This document shows, in pieces, positions 56,858 through 64,000 of a stretch of DNA of 64,000 bases. The stretch comes from a virus: the IMG/VR virus record IMGVR_UViG_3300042541_002760, one strand, 5' to 3'. The position numbers and the translations under genes were made by a program. Position 1 is the stretch's first letter. The number at the start of each line of letters is the position of its first letter. The notes beneath the pieces are model-generated. The model worked only from the letters and a program-made list of their open reading frames with translations, searched no databases and had not been told where the DNA came from.

Positions 56858-57850
56858 TTAACTAATACTAAACCCTGCCGCCGTCAAGCCATTTGCAATA
56901 GGCAAACCGATTAGCAATGCCGAAGATGCAGTCTTTACACGCATCACGGTAAACATATCGATTCCTCCCGTTGTGCCAAACAATACAGGACTATTGCTAA
57001 GAATTGATCCTGTAAAACTTCCTGTTTGTCCGTTTGTTGACTGCACAATAACTGCAATTGTTTCGGTTGCATTTACTGTAGTGTTATCCCATCCTGGCCC
57101 CGCACTCACAACTACTTGTGCCGATGGTGTAATTTTGAAACGCTGAATTGTTCCACCCGTAGCATTGATAACGATGGAATTAGAACTTCCAAGATCTTGA
57201 TATGATGCATACTCTTCGGGGTTTTTGAAGATACCGCCTGTGATTTGAAGTGGTGTTGTATATCCACTTCCAAATACCAATCCTGTGTCATTCAATGCCA
57301 TTCTGCCGTTGGTGGCGGCAAAAGTTATCTTGGGAGATTGTGATTTATTACGGATATCAATATAAGCGTCTGGAGTATCTTTTGGGTCACCACCCAACAA
57401 AATACTCTCACCGAATACCTCTATCTCACCGCCATCGGCAGATGTTAGTCCAATGTATCCTCCCGCACCCTTGCTATTTATACCTTGTGGGTATATGGTT
57501 GAAGTCTTAATATTTGGAGCAGTTATACCCGCCGAGAATGAATTACCACCCGCCGCAGTAAATATATTTGATATGTGTGTTCGAGCAACATTTCCTGTAA
57601 GGCTTACAGTGCCCGTAACGGATACACCAAAGTCTGCATTGGGGAATTGTGCAGCACCTGTTACTGCATAAGATGCTAATGGAATGTTTCCTGCTCCTGG
57701 GGGGCCTGGAGGCCCTTCGGGGCCAACACCACCGATAATACTTCCATCAACAATATTCCATACACCAAAGATTGCATCATATTCCCATATGACATTGCCA
57801 TAACCATATGTTGCTCCATCTGCTACGCCGCTTGGGGGATTAAATGCCAT
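56858..57850 (-). CDS. fibre/decoration protein with short collagen repeat
   Basis: FNPP..GATY..W.YD..GVW N-terminus; GPEGPPGPPG; late box at 57883-57889. Confidence 0.65.
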   Translation of the reverse strand: MAFNPPSGVADGATYGYGNVIWEYDAIFGVWNIVDGSIIGGVGPEGPPGPPGAGNIPLASYAVTGAAQFPNADFGVSVTGTVSLTGNVARTHISNIFTAAGGNSFSAGITAPNIKTSTIYPQGINSKGAGGYIGLTSADGGEIEVFGESILLGGDPKDTPDAYIDIRNKSQSPKITFAATNGRMALNDTGLVFGSGYTTPLQITGGIFKNPEEYASYQDLGSSNSIVINATGGTIQRFKITPSAQVVVSAGPGWDNTTVNATETIAVIVQSTNGQTGSFTGSILSNSPVLFGTTGGIDMFTVMRVKTASSALLIGLPIANGLTAAGFSIS

Positions 57851-57885
57851 GTTTGTTTCTTTCTTTTCTCTTTGCTACTTGTTAT

Positions 57886-58302
57886 TTAGAAGGTTCCACC
57901 ATCAATCGTTCCGTTCTTTCGAAGAAGCGGTAACCAACCGTTTGTTTCATCATATTGATATACCAATTTTGTACTCTTGTCATAAACAATTCCAAAATTT
58001 GTTTCGGCATTTGAAACTCGTTTGTATAGCACCCAATTCATACCATTTGAACCGTCATATGTGATAATATCATTTGCATTAATACTAACCCCGCTAGTAG
58101 GGGGGAGTCCCACGGCACTGATATTTCGGATAATGTATTTTTTACCTACTATTGTGTCAAACGGATCATTATTATTTTCAAGTATTCCATCCACCGAAAA
58201 GTCTATATCGGATCCATTCATAGTATAGAAAAAATCTTCAGGAGTTTCTAATCTACCCCCACGGTTTGCTTGTTCTATTCTATCTGCTACTTGGATTGGC
58301 AT
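57886..58302 (-). CDS. hypothetical structural protein, paralogous to the N-terminal domain of 58318-60534
   Basis: IQVADRIEQANR vs IRIADVLEQMNR; IDFSVDGI vs IDFSVKGI; ends in IDGGTF. Confidence 0.7.
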   Translation of the reverse strand: MPIQVADRIEQANRGGRLETPEDFFYTMNGSDIDFSVDGILENNNDPFDTIVGKKYIIRNISAVGLPPTSGVSINANDIITYDGSNGMNWVLYKRVSNAETNFGIVYDKSTKLVYQYDETNGWLPLLRKNGTIDGGTF

Positions 58303-58317
58303 ATTATTTCTTTCATA

Positions 58318-60534
58318 TTAGGCTGTGATAACAATCGAAGTGCCAACTAAGCCTGGGTTTGTGCTTCTGTAGAAATAATAGTTTTCGGTATATCCTGCAT
58401 TATTTGTATATGGCTGCTCAAAAGTACCTGGTACTGCTCCGTCTCCCTGTTTCGTGAATCCTCCATCATTACCGTTTGTTTTTAGTCCTCCAAGTTGAAT
58501 CTCTCCATGTCGTGCAGGATATGCAAAGTAATCATAATTGCCAACGGGCCCAGCAAGGCTATATGATGCTGCTCTATTATTCTGTATTGATTTCACAAAA
58601 CCGTGTGCAAGCATTCCACCTGTAAGATGTGCTCCTGTTAAACTCGTAGCAGTTGTTGCTCCTCGGACAACATGATTCAAGAATGAAATCGTACTTGCAC
58701 TTTGTGAGAATGTGCCAGCAGAACCTGTTGCCTGAAGTCTAATGGTCACAGTTCCAAGACCTCCACCTGGCGCAGATGTAATAGATTTTCCTGCACCATA
58801 TGCAAGTTGATTCATGGCACCCGTTGCAAAGAATACGGGGAAGCCTGTGCCATATCCACTATCCACTTGTATAGAAGCAGTCGCAGGTGGCCCAAGATTA
58901 TATGTAATACTAGTTGCAGTCAAGTCAGCCACACTAAATTGGGTACTTCCAACCAATTGTGTACTGCCAATACCACTATTGAAATTAGTTATTGAGAAAA
59001 CAAAATCTGCGGGTTTGAATACCTCAAAGTTGCGAATATAGTCAAAAGTAAGCGAACCATCTTCGAGTAAGAATGCTACTTTTCGTGCAAGTCCCGAATC
59101 GGGAGTTAAGGTCGTTGGTGCTACATGGGTCAATCCCGTGTTTAGATCACCACCCGCAATAGAACCTGTATTACCTCTTGCACCTGCATTAATAAATGTA
59201 ATCGACAACTCTGTAAGACTGTTGGGGAAGTGTTGGGAAAGTGTTCCACTTAATGGAGTACCATATAGGTACTGAAACACACCGCTGTTCGCTGATACAC
59301 CACCCGTTACTTGGAATATAAAGTGTCCTGTACTTCCTGCTCCAACATATCTTGGTCGAACATGCAATGTACCATCAATATCAGTTGTACTGTTGTACCA
59401 TGTTGATATATAAGATTCGTGGTTTACACCAAATTCATCTTTTCGGTGAAGTAAGACAGTATTATCATTGGTTGCAGTCAAGCCACCAATATTGCCAACA
59501 GAGAACGAATCATATTTTGTAAAGTATGCAAGACCCGCAAATGATCCTGTTGAACCTCTTGGGCCCGTTGCACCCGTGGCACCTGTAGATCCTGTTGCAC
59601 CCGTAACTCCTGTTACGCCCGTTGCACCTGTTGCACCTGTAAATCCTGTTGTTCCTCTTACAGATCCAATAGTAAAGAAGTCCGAAAAGGCACCATTCGG
59701 CATAACATATTTTGCCTGAAGGTTTCCATTTGCATCAATACTTACAGCAGTAAGACCAACACCCGTAACTCCTGTTGCACCCGTTGCGCCAATACTTCCT
59801 GTTGGGCCTGTGACACCTTGAATGCCTTGATCACCCTTTGTACCTTGACCAACACCAACAACACCTGTCTGTATCCATGCATCACCGAATCGAACATAGT
59901 TTCGGAATGGATCTTCCGCAGGCCCTGTTGCAAGAAGAAGTCTATCACCTGTAATTCCTGCTCCTGAAAGACCCCTATCACTCCATGTCGTACCACCATC
60001 AAATGTGAGTGGATATCCCGTTACAAGAGGATTGTCACTGCCGAGAAATCCCGATGAAGATCCTGATCCAACAACAGTCCAATTAGCACCATCATAATAA
60101 TAGACCTTACTGTCATGTTCGTTGAAAACAATTGTTCCACTCGGAGTTTTTGGATTGGAAATATCTAGATAAACTTGCCAAGGTACTTGACCTGCAACAT
60201 CATAATTGGCAAGACTAACATTCCCACGCTGAACAATATCTCCAGCACCAAGTTGTGTTGGGCAATCATGCCCACCTCCACCACATCCTGAAAATGTAGT
60301 CCATATTCCTGTATCAGTAACAACATACTTAGTTCCGTATGGGCTGTTTGCCTTAAGAGTTGCACCACCACTTGTGGTGTCATATCGAGAAGTATCTGTA
60401 CCTACGATACCCTTGACAGAGAAATCAATATTCCCAGAATGTACGAGCGAAAAGTATCCTGTTCCTGTGAGATTTGCCTCACGGTTCATTTGCTCCAATA
60501 CATCTGCTATTCTAATTCCTGGTTGTAGTGACAT
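58318..60534 (-). CDS. collagen-like fibre protein
   Basis: Gly-X-Thr triplet runs ([10 protein letters not shown]); C-terminal YFAYPA..YYFYRS domain. Confidence 0.75.
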   Translation of the reverse strand: MSLQPGIRIADVLEQMNREANLTGTGYFSLVHSGNIDFSVKGIVGTDTSRYDTTSGGATLKANSPYGTKYVVTDTGIWTTFSGCGGGGHDCPTQLGAGDIVQRGNVSLANYDVAGQVPWQVYLDISNPKTPSGTIVFNEHDSKVYYYDGANWTVVGSGSSSGFLGSDNPLVTGYPLTFDGGTTWSDRGLSGAGITGDRLLLATGPAEDPFRNYVRFGDAWIQTGVVGVGQGTKGDQGIQGVTGPTGSIGATGATGVTGVGLTAVSIDANGNLQAKYVMPNGAFSDFFTIGSVRGTTGFTGATGATGVTGVTGATGSTGATGATGPRGSTGSFAGLAYFTKYDSFSVGNIGGLTATNDNTVLLHRKDEFGVNHESYISTWYNSTTDIDGTLHVRPRYVGAGSTGHFIFQVTGGVSANSGVFQYLYGTPLSGTLSQHFPNSLTELSITFINAGARGNTGSIAGGDLNTGLTHVAPTTLTPDSGLARKVAFLLEDGSLTFDYIRNFEVFKPADFVFSITNFNSGIGSTQLVGSTQFSVADLTATSITYNLGPPATASIQVDSGYGTGFPVFFATGAMNQLAYGAGKSITSAPGGGLGTVTIRLQATGSAGTFSQSASTISFLNHVVRGATTATSLTGAHLTGGMLAHGFVKSIQNNRAASYSLAGPVGNYDYFAYPARHGEIQLGGLKTNGNDGGFTKQGDGAVPGTFEQPYTNNAGYTENYYFYRSTNPGLVGTSIVITA
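59173..59610. repeat. direct repeat copy 1 (about 435 bp; partner 61249-61680)
   Basis: Identical blocks 59204-59271 = 61280-61347 and 59298-59410 = 61368-61480. Confidence 0.9.
59797..59960. repeat. second shared block (partner about 61774-61937)
   Basis: Encodes [48 protein letters not shown] in both genes. Confidence 0.85.
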
Positions 60535-60552
60535 ATTTTGTTCCGTTTCTGT

Positions 60553-62283
<1,731 letters not shown>

Positions 62284-62291
62284 AATCTATA

Positions 62292-63227
62292 TCAAGCGTT
62301 TGAGTAGGTAATATCTATTGAAAGCGATCCAGGAAGTTGAAAGAAACTGCGATACACCTTGTAGGTTGTCTCAAATCCCTGTTGATTTGTCACTAAAGTA
62401 GTATTAACAGGAGCAGCCATAGACACACCAAAACCCTCAAGTTTGATTGTGTCCAACTCGTAATAGTTGTGAATGAACAGATAGAAGTAACCACCTGTGT
62501 CCGTGGTGGTGACGGTTCCACTACCTGACGATGCGGTTGTGATCAATGTCTCGCTGCCGTCTGTTAGCAATGCTTGGTTTGTCAATGCCTCATTGGTTGA
62601 CTTGCCCCAATACATCTTTGACCACCAACGAGACGAGGTACTGCGAGACACGGGATTGCTTCCTTCTATCTGCTGACCTGTTATCTGAAATGTCTGTGTG
62701 TTGGAGCCAATGGCGGTGGCTCTAAATGCGGGGTATGAAACAGAGGCAGATGCCGCAGTCGGACTACCACCCGTTATGGCTACGCCCGTAACCAATCCGC
62801 TGTATCTGTAATATGCGCTGTTTGCTACCCAATTTTCAGTTGGGCCCGATCTGTTCCAGGAAGCAGTAAAGGTACTATTTCCTGCGGTCTGACCCAACTC
62901 ATATGATGAGTCAAGTCCTGTGGTAAGACTTGTAAATGCGACTTGTTGATATGGATAAAGAATTCGTTCTAGAATTGAAATTGAAGTTTCTCCGATATCG
63001 AGGGTTGTTCCCTGTGGAATTCCTGCAATATCACTAGCAGTTGTTGGGGTGGCTAATGACCATGTTGTTTCTGCTCCACCCGAACCGCCAAGAATTTCTA
63101 CCGAGGTTCCTCCCGCATCACCAACATACATCTTGCGGTCTGTTATATTGACCGCCATTTCGCCATAGGTTAATCCTGTTGGGATGACTCCAGGCTTGAT
63201 GGTTCTTCTGACTTTGAATAGTGCCAT
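62292..63227 (-). CDS. fibre-like structural protein
   Basis: N-terminal KVRR..P..LTYGEMAVN..DRKMYVG (gp34/Mtd-type attachment motif); C-terminal N..G..T.YKVYRS; CTAAATA 6 nt upstream (63234-63240). Confidence 0.7.
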   Translation of the reverse strand: MALFKVRRTIKPGVIPTGLTYGEMAVNITDRKMYVGDAGGTSVEILGGSGGAETTWSLATPTTASDIAGIPQGTTLDIGETSISILERILYPYQQVAFTSLTTGLDSSYELGQTAGNSTFTASWNRSGPTENWVANSAYYRYSGLVTGVAITGGSPTAASASVSYPAFRATAIGSNTQTFQITGQQIEGSNPVSRSTSSRWWSKMYWGKSTNEALTNQALLTDGSETLITTASSGSGTVTTTDTGGYFYLFIHNYYELDTIKLEGFGVSMAAPVNTTLVTNQQGFETTYKVYRSFFQLPGSLSIDITYSNA

Positions 63228-63277
63228 ACAGCATATTTAGGAGAAGGATTTCCAATAGAATTGACTTCTCCAAAAAG

Positions 63278-63850
63278 TCAAGGAAGTTGATTCCAAATTC
63301 CGATTTGATCACAATATGATCCGTATCGAGATTGAATGAATTCGGGATACTCTTCCTGAGTAGTCGAGTTGTCCCCAATCCATGTATCAAACCATGCATA
63401 GTCCCAATGCGATGTATTTGGGGGTGTCCATGTATCGATGTCTGCATGAACGAGCGTAAATCGAGAATCTTTTGGACAATGATCCCATACGAGATCGATT
63501 ACTTCTTGATTTTTCTCTATGATGGTTACCGAAGTAACAAAAGGATTATCCATCAGTTTTTGATTCACAAATCCAAGTCCCAATCCTCCAATAAGGACAT
63601 CACCCGTTGCGCCGTCCCACAGTGGCTGATGTTCGGCATATTCATGAGTTGTATCCATCATGATGGGGCCAATCGAATCAACACATAAGAATGTATATTC
63701 GCCATAAGGTTCTTCTCTGCAAGTAAGATTAAATCCATAGATTTGACTGAAAAGAGTTGATACTCCAAATCCAAAAGAATCTCCTGTTGCTTTTTGAATC
63801 GACCAATTGCCGACTCGACCTTCAGGAATATTTACAGCATAATGTGTCAT
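63278..63850 (-). CDS. class I SAM-dependent methyltransferase (spermidine-synthase-like fold)
   Basis: DVLIGGLGLG, VTIIEKNQEVIDLV, HADI, WDYAWFDTW. Confidence 0.85.
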   Translation of the reverse strand: MTHYAVNIPEGRVGNWSIQKATGDSFGFGVSTLFSQIYGFNLTCREEPYGEYTFLCVDSIGPIMMDTTHEYAEHQPLWDGATGDVLIGGLGLGFVNQKLMDNPFVTSVTIIEKNQEVIDLVWDHCPKDSRFTLVHADIDTWTPPNTSHWDYAWFDTWIGDNSTTQEEYPEFIQSRYGSYCDQIGIWNQLP

Positions 63851-64000
63851 CCGTATGCCTTTATGATGATTGATCCGACTGCTCCCGCACCACCTCTACC
63901 TCTTGTTGTGGCGTTTGATCCACCGCCGCCGCCGCCACCTCCAGGGAAACCGCCTGTCATGCCAACCACACCCACCGCTCCTCCTGTACCTCCGTTACCA
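63847..64000 (-). CDS. 3' end of a Gly-rich protein (...GNGGTGGAVG...GGAGAVGSIIIKAYG)
   Basis: Open frame from the window edge to a TGA overlapping the methyltransferase ATG; Gly-rich fibre-type C-terminus. Confidence 0.7.
   Translation of the reverse strand, partial: GNGGTGGAVGVVGMTGGFPGGGGGGGGSNATTRGRGGAGAVGSIIIKAYG

Overview
The window is a gene-dense segment of a large lytic T4-like myophage (Tevenvirinae/Kyanoviridae-type gene set) with the standard genetic code. I found no tRNA, CRISPR array, integrase or reverse transcriptase. Layout: (1) 1-28.5 kb, minus strand: tail fibres, a GT2-TPR glycosyltransferase, a DUF4815 structural protein and baseplate genes gp8, gp7, gp6, gp25, PAAR, gp5, hub, gp53 and gp48. 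(2) 28.5-34.3 kb, plus strand: gp4, gp2, gp54-like, gp26/gp51-like and tape measure. (3) 34.3-47.8 kb: gp32, gp33, exonuclease, FmdB-like, DenV-like, RuvC-like, uvsY, uvsW, gp55, gp47 and an inverted gp46. (4) 43-57 kb: Cys-rich accessory genes and a class II ribonucleotide reductase. (5) 57-64 kb: an array of collagen-like fibre genes. The best leads are: a candidate virion O-glycosylation system (late GT2-TPR enzyme plus a pervasive G/S/A-x-T-G/A motif in structural proteins); a lambda gpG/gpGT-style -1 frameshift joining gp26 to an uncalled gp51-like ORF before the tape measure gene; a protease/pseudoprotease pair and a hyaluronidase-like pseudoenzyme with Cys-rich tails; a CTAAATA late promoter positioned to give leaderless mRNAs; and apparent avoidance of AGCT, CCGG and ACGT. 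All family assignments are by motif recognition and synteny; no database search was run.
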